Positions 40,339 through 54,035 of a DNA stretch of 64,000 nt are shown one piece after another (the first letter of the stretch is position 1; every line of letters begins with the position of its first letter). The position numbers and the translations under genes were made by a program. The notes beneath the pieces are model-generated. The model saw nothing but the letters and a program-made list of their open reading frames with translations, searched no databases and had not been told where the DNA came from. The DNA is from Octopus vulgaris (lineage: Eukaryota), in NCBI GenBank assembly GCA_951406725.2, contig OX597836.1, positions 27,218,001 to 27,282,000 of the forward strand, in the 5' to 3' direction.

Positions 40339-40449
40339 CTTTGAGGTCAGTGCTGACATCTCGGTGTCCATATCATCAGGAGCAAAAAGGTTGGTTCCGT
40401 TGGCCATGTCGTCTGTCGGCGTCTGCAATGTTTCCACTGCAGTAGCCAT
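40339..40449 (-). CDS. GTPBP1: GTPBP1 coding exon 1 (MATAVE...ALTSK, 37 codons)
   Basis: ATG in ACCATGG context with an in-frame TAA five codons upstream. Donor AAG|GTAAAG. Ends in LTSK as recalled for vertebrate GTPBP1 and joins exon 2 in phase 0. Confidence 0.85.
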
Positions 40450-41000
40450 GGTTACTGCCGCTTATATTGCTACTGTTGTTGTTGTTGTAGCAGTTGGAGA
40501 ACAAATTCTAACTGAATTCTTCTGAATGGCCCCTACCAGGGAAGAGGTGTCCCGGTAGAATGGTCAAAGCTTTGCAGTAAATCTTGTGCCTCCTAGAACC
40601 AGGTAGACTGATGCCTCAGCCTTTTTGCAACTCTGATGGTGATGCTGACAATGTGACTATTTGGCTCTGACCAGGAATTGAAACTCGGTTCACCAAATCA
40701 GAATATAGATACCCTTTACTCTCTATTATAAGAGCCTTTGTTCAGATCCTTCTAAAATTAGTCTGAAGTAGTATTGGGGGAAAAAAAAAAAAAAAAGAAG
40801 GGCATAGAAACTATATCCCTTTCTTCTTTTTTTTTTTTTTTATCTATTTTGGTTTAGTCGCTGTATCTTCTGGCGCTGTTTCTTTCATGTGCATATATCG
40901 AATATACAAATTCTTGATAATTTTAAAATATTCACCGGGAATTCCTGAAAGTAAAAAATGAAAATACAATATAAATTCAAGCATTTAAATCCCCCTCCTA

Positions 41001-41201
41001 CTCCTCCTCCTCATCCTCATCATCATCATCATCATCGCCATCATCGTCACCGTCACCGTCGTCGTCGTCATCATCATCATCACCATCATCATCGCCATCA
41101 TCATCATCGTCATCATCATCATCGCCGTCATCGTCCTCGTCATCATCATCATCGCCATCATCATCGCCGTCGTCGTCCTCGTCATCATCATCATCATCAT
41201 C

Positions 41202-41243
<42 letters not shown>
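41001..41243. repeat. Compound (CAT/CGT)n(TAT)n microsatellite
   Basis: Visible directly. Confidence 0.95.
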
Positions 41244-41245
<2 letters not shown>

Positions 41246-42583
41246 GGCAGTGAGCTGGCAGAATTGTTAGCATGACAGGCAAAATGCTTAGGGGTATTTT
41301 GTCTGTCTTTAGTTTCTGAGTTCAAATCCCACCGAAGTTGACTTTGCCTTTCATCTTTATGGGGGGTCAATAAAACAAGTCGATGTAATCAGTTTTACTC
41401 CTCCCCCGAAATTACTACCAAAATTTGAAACCATTATTACTATAATGATTATTATGGCGGCAAGCTGGAAGAATCATTGGCACACTGAGTAGAATTTCGC
41501 CGATCACTATGTTCTGAGTTCAAATTCCACCGAGGGTCCATGTAATTGACCCTTCCCCTCCCCCAAAATGGCTACCCTTGTGGCAAAATTTGAAACCATT
41601 ATTATCATTATGATTATTAAGGCAGCAAGCTGGCAGAATCGTTAGCACATCCGGACGAAATGCTTAGCAGTATCTCATCTGCCACTACATTCTGAGTTCA
41701 AATTCCACCAAGGTCAATTTTGCCTTTCATCCTTTCAGGGTCAATAAATTAAGTACCTGTGAAACACTGGGGTCAATTTAATCGACTAGTCCCCTCCCCA
41801 CAAATCTGAGGCCTTGTGCCTCCAGTAGAAAGGATTATTATTATTACTATTATTATTATTATTATTATTAAATAATTAATAGCAATAGAAGCAGTATCAA
41901 AAACCAAAACGTAATACTTATTCCCATTAAAATAATTGTTGTGTTAGAACACAGGATACTGTTTTGTTTACCACGAGAGAACTTCTCAAATGGGCTCTTG
42001 GTGCACATAAGCACTCACGTTTATATCTCAAGCAGGAGATAATTGTCTGCTACCACTGCAGGAACTAACAGATCATGTGATTTCCCCTTCCCTAGGCTGT
42101 GTCAATGGTAGACAATCGCAGGTGGAGATAGCAACCGATTCTCAGTATCCCTGTTGGGGTTGATGAAATAAGCACCGTTTGAGCACTGGGATCAATGTAA
42201 TTAACTTAACCCTGCCCCTGAAATTGCTGGCCTTGTGCCAAAATTTGAAATTAATATTTGCTTAATTTAGAGGTGACCATCCTTGCTTTGGAAAAAAAAT
42301 AAGTAACTCAGAAAGGTTTTTGGTATGAAAGTTCCTGAAAATTGCTATTGTATCTATATGAGTGCAGAACCATTTATAAGCTGCATCAATTTACAAGCAG
42401 GAACTTCAAATTCCCACAGCTGCCAGACTAGTTTATTGAGCAGCTCTGTTTCATGGCACTTGCACAAAGCTATTAATAAGTCTCTATCACAATCATCGTT
42501 TCACACCTGTTTTCCAAGCTGCCAGGGGTTACCTGTATTTCATTTAATTACCTGGATAAATTTGATAATAGTTTAATCTAGAG

Positions 42584-43554
42584 AAGTGGTTCTCAACCAG
42601 GGTCTGTATGGCCCCTGGGGGTCTATATAAGGTTTTTAGGGGTCCACGCAACAAAATAATAAATTGGGGATCCATAATAGTATTTTAAGGGCCCCTGAAC
42701 AAATTTTACTTTAGATGCATTGATAAGTATTGCAAAAAAAAAAAAAAAATAAACAGCTGGGTTTCTTTCTGACATTTTACATTGTTCAACCTACAAAGGT
42801 TAATGTGTGGAAAACAAAATAGGAATTTTGAAAGAAGTTTGTAGAAAACTGGCTTTTAGACATTGAATGGCTATGGGGGTTACCAGAATAAAATAGCAAT
42901 CAAAGGGGTCCATAGATAAAGAATGGTTGAGAACCCCTGCTTTAGACGTATGTATTGTTATGTTTTGCGAGAAACAGCTAGGGTTCTTTCTCCAACATTT
43001 TACATAGTTCAACCTACAGAAGTTAATGTGTGAAAAACAAAATAGGAATTCTGAAAGAAGTTTAGAATGGCTATGGGAGTCCACCAGAATAAAATAGCAA
43101 TCAAAGGGGTCCATAGATAAAAGAATGGTTGAGAACCCCTGCTTTAGATGTATTTATTGGTATGTTTTGCACGAAACGGCTAGGTTTCTTTCTCCAACAT
43201 TTTACATAGTTCAACCTACAGAAGTTAATGTGTGAAAAACAAAATAGGAATTCTGAAAGAAGTTTAGAATGGCTATGGGAGTCCACCAGAATAAAATAGC
43301 AATCAAAGGGGTCCATAGATAAAAGAATGGTTGAGAACCCCTGCTTTAGATGTATGTATTGGTATGTTTTGCACGAACCGGCTAGGTTTCTTTTTCTCAC
43401 ATTTTACATTGTTCAACCTACACAAGGTAATGTGTGAAAAACAAAATAGGGATTTCTGAAAGAAGTTTTCAAACATTCAAATGGCTATGAGGGCCCACCA
43501 AAATAAAATAGCAATCAAAGGGGTTTTTAGATACAAAATGGTTGAGAACCCCTG
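42584..43554. mobile_element. hAT/Charlie-type MITE with four tandem ~202-bp 3' units
   Basis: TIR AGTGGTTCTCAACC/GGTTGAGAACCCCTG. 8-bp TSD atctagag/atctagat. The right TIR recurs at 42925, 43127, 43329 and 43540. Confidence 0.85.
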
Positions 43555-44596
43555 ATCTAGATTGTGACCATCCCCTTTTGTTCGGTCGAATCAATAACCC
43601 AGGAAGGCTCTGGAACCAGAGGTTTTGGAAAATCAATGCCGTGCATGTGTGTTTCGTAGGGTATATAACGACAATTAGGATATGATACATTGTACAAAAG
43701 CCACAAAATGTATATTATGACTAGAAAACAGTATTACGTGCTAGAGAAAGTACCCTGCTTACCTGGTTGTATCACCCACACACAAACACACAACAAGGTA
43801 ATAGGGTAAACTGACCCAGATAGTAGCAGAATTAGAAAAAGTCCAGACAGGTTAGTGGTGAGTGGATTGTCAGTAAATTATAGTAGTGTTAGCAGGCACT
43901 AAACAGAATTAGTCTGTTTACCCTCCACGCTAGGTTTTGTTTGCATCAACTATTGGTAAACAAAACAGCAGGTTTACAGAACTCTGTGTGTGTGTGTGCG
44001 TGTGTGTGTGTGCGTGTGTGTGTGTGTGTGTGCGTGTGTGTGTATGTGTGTTTGCATGTGGGTGTGTCACGTGTGTTGAGTATGTATGTGTCTGCGAATG
44101 GTTGGCTTGTGTGTAAGTGTGTTTGCTGGTTTGTGTTCATGTGCATGTGTGTGTGAATGACTGTTTATGTGTGTGTGCGTGTGTGTGTGAATATGTTCGT
44201 GTGTACAGTGTTGTGTATGTAAGTGTGCTGTGTTCTGTTGCGTGTGTGTGTGTATGAGTTGGTCAGTGTGTGTGATTATGTGTGTTGACTTGTGAGCTTC
44301 AGGAGGAGTGGTTGTGTGTGTTGATTATACGAGTGTACGGGTGTGCATTATGCTGTTAGATAAACATATATATTCTTTTACTGGGTTCATTCATTGGACA
44401 GCGACCATGCTGTAGCACTGACTCCAAAGGTTTGCTCAATCCTTACATATATACATACCTATCTATATATACATATACATATAGAAACATATATCTATAT
44501 ATACATACATATACACACATATATATATATATACATATATATGCATATATATATATACACATATATATACATTTATATATATACATATATACATAC

Positions 44597-44634
<38 letters not shown>

Positions 44635-44661
44635 ATACATACATATATATATACATATATA

Positions 44662-44731
<70 letters not shown>

Positions 44732-44755
44732 AACATATACATACATATATACACA

Positions 44756-44805
<50 letters not shown>

Positions 44806-45526
44806 TACATACACAGATATACATATATATTAGATACACACATATTTATGTGTGTGTGTGTGTACAAAAACATTATGGTTAAATCACCATCATCTTAACG
44901 TCCACTTTTCCATGTTTGCATGTATCAGACGAAATTCTTTGAGGCGAATTTCCTGCGGCTGAATGGTCTTTCTTGTGGCAACCTCCAATTGCTTCCAAAC
45001 CTGGTAATGTTCCCCCCCACCCAAGTCCTTCAAACACGACTGCACAATGGCTGGCCCAGTTTCCACAGAGGATTTCGAAGGAACAACACCGCCAGCGTAA
45101 CAGAGACATTTGTTTTGTGATCAGCATGCGATGTCAAGACAAGGTGACACACACACACACACAAACACAGTGAGTAAAATGTGGTACAAGAGGATGATGA
45201 AGGAAAACACATGAAACAGGGAAAAAAAAATACACAAAGGACAAGGACACACCCCTTGTCCATTGTCACCAATAATCATCACAATTTCAGTCCTTGATGA
45301 ATACACACACACACTCACACACACATACACAACATAGACAATAATTTCTTACAGTTTCCATCTATCATGTGCACTCCCAATGTTTTCTATTACAGCCCAC
45401 TCCTGGCATTAAAAAAAGAAAAGACTTGCCCAAGGTAGAGTGTGGTGAGACTGATTCTTATACTATATAAATACAAACCAAACTTCTTAAACACACAGCC
45501 ACGCCTACACCTCTCTCCGTGTGTAT

Positions 45527-45572
<46 letters not shown>

Positions 45573-45676
45573 TATATGTATATATGGAAAGAAAAGTCAA
45601 GATAGAAAATACTAAAATAATTTTATAAAAAACATTTCAGTATATATATATATGTATGTATACACACACACACATT

Positions 45677-45746
<70 letters not shown>

Positions 45747-45818
45747 GATACACACACACACATCAACAGATGAATAACCGTACTTATGTAAGTGTGTGTT
45801 TTGGTATATATAAGTTTG

Positions 45819-45866
<48 letters not shown>

Positions 45867-46342
45867 AAAGTAAATAAAAATAAATGAATATAAATAAATA
45901 TAAATATATAAGTAAATATAAATAAATGAATATGAATATATATATATATATTAAATTGTTAGTATGTATATATATATATATATATATATATAAATTTAAA
46001 TGTTATGTCATGTCTTGTATTGAAAAGTAATCAACCGATGTCGGTCGATTTGTTTGTTTGTTTGTTGATCAAAAGCTTTCTCCATTTTCTGATTATCTAA
46101 ATTCGATTCCTGATAAACTTTTGTTTATTCTGTTGTTACTTGAACTCTGTGAGCATAGTGTAACCTGCATAGGCATGCCCAGGGACAGCATAGGTAATTG
46201 ATACCGATAAGAACAACAGATACTATTATCCATTAGACGGTTATTATAACCGCTAACTTTACTTAGCTTTAAAGATATATATATACATATATAAAGTAAA
46301 TATAAACAAATAAATAAAACTACATATATATATATACATAAT

Positions 46343-46539
46343 ATTATTTAAAATTATAATTTAGGGTATCTAAGAGACACCACCATGCAGGAAATAGCAG
46401 TCAAAACTTGACTCTAAAACCACATTAAAACTTGACTCAAAACTTGACCACATTTAATGTAGTTTTAGAGTCAAGTTTTGACTGCTATTTCCAGTGCAGT
46501 GGTGTCTATTAGATACCCTAAATTATAATTTTAAATAAT
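46343..46539. repeat. ~85-bp-arm inverted repeat between (TA)n tracts
   Basis: attatttaaaattataatttagggtatctaa...cacattaaa pairs with tttaatgtag...ttagataccctaaattataattttaaataat. Confidence 0.85.
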
Positions 46540-46612
46540 TATTACGTTTGAAAGTTTTTTATTCCTATGCTGGCCACCTGATAAGATCGGTATTTTAAAT
46601 ATCAATCTTATC

Positions 46613-46679
<67 letters not shown>

Positions 46680-48158
46680 AATAGAAATAAATACAAATAA
46701 ATAAATATATACAGACACGCATATATATATATACAGATATAAGTATAAATAAATCATCATAGGTAGTTATGTATTTAAGCATAAACATAAAGACATAAAC
46801 AAACCCACACACACATAACTGTTGTGAAAAACAAAACATGCAATTAATCTCAATTATATAACAATGATAATAAACTATACCGAATCTTTGATGCTTCAAG
46901 TTATCATTGTCATGTTATCATGGCCTGTAATATCAGTGATGAAGTAGTAGTGATTCTACAGAAGTTGTAAGTAGAGAGGACTCTGGAGTTTGTCTGAAGT
47001 GTTTGCATTATCGTCTGATACTGATGAATGAAGCGGGCGATGTAGAACTGAGCGCTGTGCAGTGAATGTCTCAGTTGATGCAATAATACACAGTGTTATG
47101 AAATAGCTGAAAATACGATGATGTCACTGCTAATGGGTGTGATGAAATAGTGACCGAGTATGATGAAATAGAGCATGAATGAGCTTGTAAGAGATTAAAT
47201 ACGGTGACCCACAAACTGACAAATACCAGAAGATCCCTCAACTATGAATGGAATTCTTTACTCTAGGCTTTTTATGTTCTACCTTTTTATTAATGACAAG
47301 ATAAATTAGGGTTTGTGTCTCTATATCGGTACTGCATTTAAGGGACTATCAGACATGCACCAAATGTCATCATTGTCATCATTATCATCATTTAACGTCT
47401 GTTTTCCATGCTGGCATGGGTTGGACAGATTGACTGAAAACTGGTAAGCTGGGGTGCTGCCCCAGGTTCCAATCTGGTTTGGCATAGTTTCTACAGCTGG
47501 ATGTCCTTCCTGACACCAACCACTCCAAGAGTGTAGTGGGTGCTTTTTACGTGCCACCAGCACGGGTGCCACTTACAGAGTATTGGCATCGGCCATGACT
47601 ACGATGTCACTTAGCTTGACAGATATTCTCAAGCACGGTATATTCTTTTCTACTCTAGGCACAAGACCCAAAATTTTGGGGGATGGGGCCAGTCAATTAG
47701 TTCTTAATTTATCGACCCTGAAAAATGAAAGGCAAAGTCGACCTTGGCGGAATTTGAACTCAGACAAAATACTGCTAAGCATTTCGCCCCACGTCCCCGT
47801 AACTTAGCAGTTCGGCAAAAAGAGACCGATAGAAGAAGTACTAGGCTTACAAAGAATAAGTCCTTGGGTTGATTTGCTCAACTAAAGGTGGTGCTCCAGC
47901 ATGGCCACAGTCAGATGACTGGAACAAATAAAAGAAAAAGACAAAGGTGGCAAGCTGGCAGAATTGTTAGCACACTGGATGAAATGCTTAGCAGTATTTC
48001 ACCCACTGCTACATTCTGAGTTCAAATTCTGCCAAGGTTGACTTTGCCTTTTATCCTTTTGGGGTCAATGAATTAAGTACCAGTGAAACACTGGGATCAA
48101 TCGTAATCGGCTCATCCCCTCCCCTAAAATTTCAGGCCTTGTGCCCATAGTAGAAAGG

Positions 48159-48223
<65 letters not shown>

Positions 48224-48366
48224 GGTGGTGAGCTGGCAGAATCATTAACATACCAGGCAAAATTCTTAGCAGCATTTCATCTGTCTTTGTGTTCTGAGTT
48301 CAATTTCCACCGAAGTTGCTTTTGTTTTTCATAAGCTTGAAATCAATACAATAGGCAGTGATGATT

Positions 48367-48805
48367 AGATGTGACGACAACTGGTGATGGATGTGATGAC
48401 AATTGGTGATGGATGTGATGATAATTGGTAATGGATGTGATGACAATTGGTGATGGATGTGATGACAACTGGGGATGGATGTGATGACAATCGGTGATGG
48501 ATGTGATGGCAATTGGTGATGGATGTGATGACAACTGGAGATGGATGTGATGACAATTGGTGATGGATGTGATGACAATTGGTAATGGATGTGATGACAA
48601 TTGGTGATGGATGTGATGACAATTGGTGATGGATGTGATGACGGTGAAGATAGCTGTGACGATAATACTGATAGATGTGATGACAGCCAGTGATAGATGT
48701 GATGACAAATGATGATACATGTGATGACAGTAATGATGACAATACAGATAGATGTGATGACAATGGCGATAGATGCGATGACAACTCCAGTCATATGTGA
48801 TGACA
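48367..48805. repeat. 22-bp minisatellite (GGTGATGGATGTGATGACAATT)n, decaying rightwards
   Basis: Visible directly. All three minus-strand frames cycle through the same peptides. Confidence 0.93.
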
Positions 48806-49933
48806 TTTTTGTCTAATTTAGTGCGAATGTTGTGCAGAGAAGTGAAATAATATCCAATTTCATGAAATAACACTCTCTATGATGGGAGGGCCAAGTGGCT
48901 AAGGTGTTATTACATCACCAGTTTGAGTTCAAATCCACTGTGGTCCTCGAATTGTGTTTTAGGACATAGCCTGCAATAAACCATGTCTTATCAAGGGGCT
49001 GATTTATCTATCAACCCTTCAGCACTAAAAACAAAAAAGGGCTTAAGTAGCACCTCTTGGCACATATACATATTTCCACAGCTATAGTTACATCATCAAT
49101 TCTTGTGATTATTTAGTTATATTTCAGCAATGTATATACTGACCCCCATCACAAACATTTAAGAGTAATTATCATTTTCACTGATTAATAGAAGGAGGGG
49201 TCAGATAACTGCATGTAAAGTGTGGATGTAAGCAGGGTGAGTTTAGTGCTATAGTAAGAATATAGGATGGTATAGACAGAAACAGAGAAAGGGGGCACAA
49301 TATTTATGTAGTGGACCAGGCATTTATTTAGACAGAACTTATCAAATATCATGCATATCATTCCTATTCCAGGGAATGCTTGGGAAAGGAGGAGGAGGGT
49401 TGGTTTTTGTTCTGTGTGTAGTCTGTGATGGCAATGTTCGATGGGTGAACTGCATCATCACAAATATTGAGAATAGTATTCCATGATGATGGTGATGATG
49501 ATGATGATATAGGAGAAGTAAAGAAAGAAAGAAAAATGAAAAAGGAAAGAAAGATAATGAAAACTAAAACAAACGAAAAAAAGAAACCAAGAAACACGGA
49601 AAAAACAAAATGCAGAAATATAAAATAGAAAAAGAGGAAGAAAATGAGAATAGAAGAGAAAAGGCAAATAAATAAAGAAAGAGAGAAGTAAGAGAAAAAG
49701 TAAAACTAGAAAGTGGGTGACGAGAAAAAGGAGAAAGATAACAGTGGGGTGATGAGGAGACAGGTGAGCGAGTCAGTTCTCGTTAAGTGAGACTGTCGAA
49801 ACAGGTATTTATATAACCAGTGAACAGGTGAGTATTATTGAGGTATGTCACGTATGTAATATGTGTGTGTGTATGTATACATATGCATGTATGTGTGTGT
49901 GCATATATATATGTATATATACATACATACACA

Positions 49934-50480
49934 CAGACATGTCAGAAGTAAATAGACACCCCATAAACATTGTTTTATGCCTATTTTAATTTGTAAAGGT
50001 TTATATTTTTTTTTTTATTAATTAACATTTTTATGTGACTGTTTAATCATACCATGTACAAAAGAAGCCTTGGAACTGTCTGAATTTCAAAGTGGCCATA
50101 TTGTGGGTCAATCGGAAGGTGGACAGAGTGTAAAATCGCAGAAAACCTTGGGATCCCACTTTCTACAGTTAACAGAGTGGTTGTGCAATTCACCAGAGAG
50201 GAGAAGGAGTCCACATCACCTCGCCCAGATCAACCAGGGCCCTCTAATAGGACACTTCTCTTTGTTGTTAAGAGAAGTGTGAAGGATAATCCTCATTGCA
50301 AGGCCTTTGACATAGCAGAGCAAGTTAATGTCACTCTCAGAACAGCTGTCAGGTAAATCCACAGATTTGGTTACAATGGCAGAGCAGCAAGAAGGAAGCC
50401 ACTTCTTTGACCAGCCAATATCAACCAGATAAAAGATTGGGCCAGTGAGATGGTGGAGAGGCTGCCAGCATTTTGACAAC
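49934..50480 (+). pseudogene. Tc1-like transposon 5' end: TIR and decayed transposase N-terminus
   Basis: Frameshifted [12 protein letters not shown] / [16 protein letters not shown] / GYNGRAARRKPLL from the ATG at 50054. Confidence 0.8.
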
Positions 50481-51032
50481 TGGTATTTATTTACATCTCG
50501 ATAACTTAGCAGCTCAGCAAAAGAAACCGATAGAATATGTATCAGGCTTTAAAAAGATAAGTGCTGGGGTCGATTCATATGGCTAAAACGCGTCAAGGTG
50601 TGCTCCAGCATGGCCACAGTCCAAAGACTGAAACCAGTAAAGGAATTTGGCTGGAGCAAAATAAATAAGTCAAGATAAGGTAAATTTTTCGCTTCAGTTC
50701 TCCTGAAGACAGACTCATACACATCAATATCCATTCTTAGACATCACAAAGATCAGAAATGCAAAAACAATTTTAAATATCTGGGTCAAATACAAGAGAA
50801 TCAGGTAAAAATGGCACATGGTATGAAATTAATGCAATTCAACTAAATAAATAAAAAAAAACAAACAACATAGAATATTCTCTATAGCTTCTTCACAATC
50901 TGCTGGAGTGTCTCTCTCCCTAATATATTTACACAACATGCAGTCAAAGAGAAGAAATTTTAAGAAATCGGACATTACTCATTTTAAACTTAAAAATGAT
51001 CAAATTAGACATTAGTGTGGGAAAAAAACTGA

Positions 51033-51446
51033 GATCTTTTCGGTTTGAATGGCAGTTTTTCTCTAGCGGTGTAATATGAAATTGTCACCCATAATTATGA
51101 CCCTAGTATCGATCTATTGCATTTCAATCTGTTTTAGGGTTAGGGTTAGGGGTAGGGGAAAGGGTATCTTTTTTCTTCACAAATGTAAATAAACCCAATC
51201 TGTTTCTTAAACGAGGGACATATTCATATGGCACAGAATATTTTTTACCTTAATAGACGTCAGTGATTGGTTGAAATTGCAGAAATTGAAGAAAAAACAA
51301 CAACAAATATCTTACAAACTATAGAATTTTCTCAATAACGCCAAGAGAAAAAGATGTTTTATAAACTCATTCTACCAGTATACGAAGTTTGAAATTTCTT
51401 AGTTATCTAGAAATTGTTAAAAACTGCTGTTCAAACCGAAAAAATC
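51033..51446. mobile_element. MITE with ~28-bp TIRs, an 8-9 bp TSD and internal TTAGGG repeats (Merlin-like)
   Basis: gatcttttcggtttgaatggcagttttt / aaaaactgctgttcaaaccgaaaaaatc, flanked by aaaaactg(a) on both sides. The superfamily is inferred. Confidence 0.7.
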
Positions 51447-52247
51447 CAAAAACTGACTTGGAATCCAACAGAGATAAAAAATATTGATTGCTAAACACCC
51501 AAGTTTATTCAGATATTTTATTAGCAACCACAATTACAATCGGGTCAGCATTGAGGAAAAATTTCTTGATAAAAATAGTACCTATCTATCATCTAACTAA
51601 ATTCTAAACTCTCTCAATAACAACAACAAAATGATGCTGACCAATTTTTACTCCCAAAGATGATGCAACAGTAAAAAGTGATGATGCAATACTTCCAATT
51701 TAACGATTTCAAACAGGCTGGGAGAAGATAACGAGCAATCAGAATTTACGCATTTTACCTTTTACTCTTTTACTTGTTTCGGTCATTTGACTGTGGCCAT
51801 GCTGGAGCACCGCCTTTAGTTGAGTAAATCGACCCCGGGACTTATTCTTTGTAAGCCCAGCACTTATTCTATCGGTCGCTTTTGCCGAGCCGCTAAGTGA
51901 CGGGGACGTAAACACACCAGCATCGGTTGTCAAGCAATGCTAGGGGAACAAACACAGATACATATATATACGACAGGCTTCTTTCAGTTTCCATCTACCA
52001 AATCCACTCATAAGGCATTGGTCGGCCTGGGGCTATAGCAGAAGACACTTGCCCAAGATGCCACGCAGTGGGACTGAACCCGGAACCATGTGGTTGGTAA
52101 GCAAGCTACTTACCACACAGCCACTCCTGCGCCATGTAACCTTGGTTACTAATTATATATTATTTATTGGGTCATCCCATAAATAATGTGGCTTTTTTTA
52201 TACTTCTTTTATCTTTCAAAATTAAGATAAACAAAGTTCTTTTTTAA

Positions 52248-52771
52248 CCCATTAAGTCCCACCATCCTATAAATAGGACACTAAATAAGCTATATCACAT
52301 TGTCTCAGTGTCCTATTTATAGGACACTGAGTATTTCCATTTCTACTTGAAGTAAAGGAGTTTTGTGGAGGCACATGGCCTAGTGGTTAGAGCAGCGGAG
52401 TTGCAGTCGAGGGATCGTGGGTTCGAATCTCAGACCAGACAATGTGTGTGTTTATGAGTGAAAACACCTAAGCTCCACGCGTCTCCGGCAGAAGGTAATG
52501 GCGAACTTCTGCTGACTCTTTCGCCACAACTTTCTCTCACACTTTCCTCCTGCATCTTGCAGCTCACCTGCGATGGACCGGCGTCCCGTACAGGTGGGGA
52601 ACCTATACGCCAAGAAACCGGGAAACCGGCCCTTATGAGCCAGGCATGGCTTGAGAAGGAACAAACAAAGGAGTTTTGATAAATATTTTTTCATTTTAAC
52701 CTATTTTCAATCATCTATTTTAAAACTTTTAAAGTAATATTCAGAAATTTAAGTATCTGGGACTTAATGGG
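52248..52771. mobile_element. piggyBac-type MITE family C
   Basis: Perfect 14-bp TIR CCCATTAAGTCCCA/TGGGACTTAATGGG. TTAA at 52244-47 and 52772-75. Confidence 0.9.
52366..52666 (+). mobile_element. tRNA-derived SINE family D, tail type 3
   Basis: tRNA head with GGTTCGAATC B-box. 12-bp TSD aaaggagttttg (52354-65 and 52667-78). Confidence 0.9.
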
Positions 52772-53295
52772 TTAATCTAAAATATATTTTCCTTCATTTT
52801 CTACAATGCTCTTCCATCTATCTGGTAGACTTGCAAGGCCCCTCTTCCAAAATTCCCTTGTCCGTGATGAAAAATACTCCTCCACTACTGTTCTGACCTC
52901 GTCTACAGAATTCATATTTTTACCATCCAAACTATTTTGAAGACTGTGGAACAAATGATAATCAGATAGGGCAATGCCCAGTGAATATGGTGGGTGGGGC
53001 ATCGTTTCCCATTCAAACTGCTCCAACCTTTGGAATGTCATCCTCACTGTGTATGGCCGAGTATTATCCTGATGGAAGAACACCTTTTGTCTTGAAACCA
53101 AAGATGGTCATTTTCTGATGGCATGCAGGTGTCAATGAATGGTTAAATGACCAAACCCAAGTTTCTCTGCTAGTTCCTCAACTGTTACGATGGGATTTTG
53201 TTCCACCAGGGTTTGTAGGACGTCCTTGTTGAGCTCTACATATTTTCCAGGATGAGGTTCATCTCGGCTGTAGTTTCCGGCTTGGAATGTCTGGA

Positions 53296-54035
53296 CCACA
53301 AGGCCCTAGGGTGAATACTGCTGTGTATATTGAGGTGTTCAGGATAAAGTTGTTAAGTATTGGATTAACAGTGTATGCAATGGAAGGCCTTATGTCTTTC
53401 AACAAGACTCTACACCATCACACAGGGCTCAAATGACACATGAACGGATGGCCAACAATTTGCATGATCACATCACCCCCAACATTTGGCCTCCTAATTT
53501 TTCAGGTCTGAATCCACTGGACTACTATGTATGGAGCATTGTTGAGAAAAATGTCAATGACCACCCCTATAGCACCAAAGATTCTTTGAAAGCTACCATA
53601 GTTTGAGTCATGTCTGAGATGAACAAGGACCATTTAATCCAAGCTGGTAAATGATTTCGTCCCTGCGTAAAGACAGTTAGCGATGCTTATGGTGGTTTTA
53701 TTGAATGAAATTATTAAATTGATAATTTATCTTAATGTTTTATGTTATTTTTATTAAAATACAAATTTTTTCTGTTATTATATAAGAGGCTTAAGGTAAC
53801 GAACTGGCAGAAATGCTAGTACACCAGGCAAAATGCTTAGAGGTATCAAATTCCCCCGAGGTCAACTTTGCCTTTCATCCTTTTGGGGTTGATAAATTAA
53901 GCATCAGTTGCATACTGGGGTCGATCTAATTGACTTGCCCCCTCCCCCCAAATTTCGAGCCTTGTGCCTAGTGGAGAAAAGATTATATAAGCAGTTTTTA
54001 AAACTATAAATCTGTCCTCAAATACAGTCCGCACC

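Larger units (their letters stand above)
52167..53296 (-). pseudogene. mariner (DD34D) relic, internally deleted and interrupted by a MITE
   Basis: HQD-34 aa-D (HPPYSLGIALSDYHLF) in 52772-53101. HTH-region remnant (DEPHPG...VEQNP.VTVEELAEKLG) at ~53118-53296. Terminal TA|TTGGGTCATCCCATAAATAA at 52165. Confidence 0.9.

Noticed and set aside
40958-41282. Poly-His, poly-Asp and poly-Met ORFs as a GTPBP1 N-terminal extension
   Set aside because: Microsatellite, and an in-frame stop lies just upstream of the ATG at 40449.
46934-46998. Possible C/D box snoRNA (GTGATGA...CTGA)
   Set aside because: No convincing terminal stem or recognisable guide; the motifs are common by chance here.
48300-48873. 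His-rich ORFs or a CRISPR-like array
   Set aside because: A 22-bp tandem repeat with no unique spacers, in a eukaryotic context.
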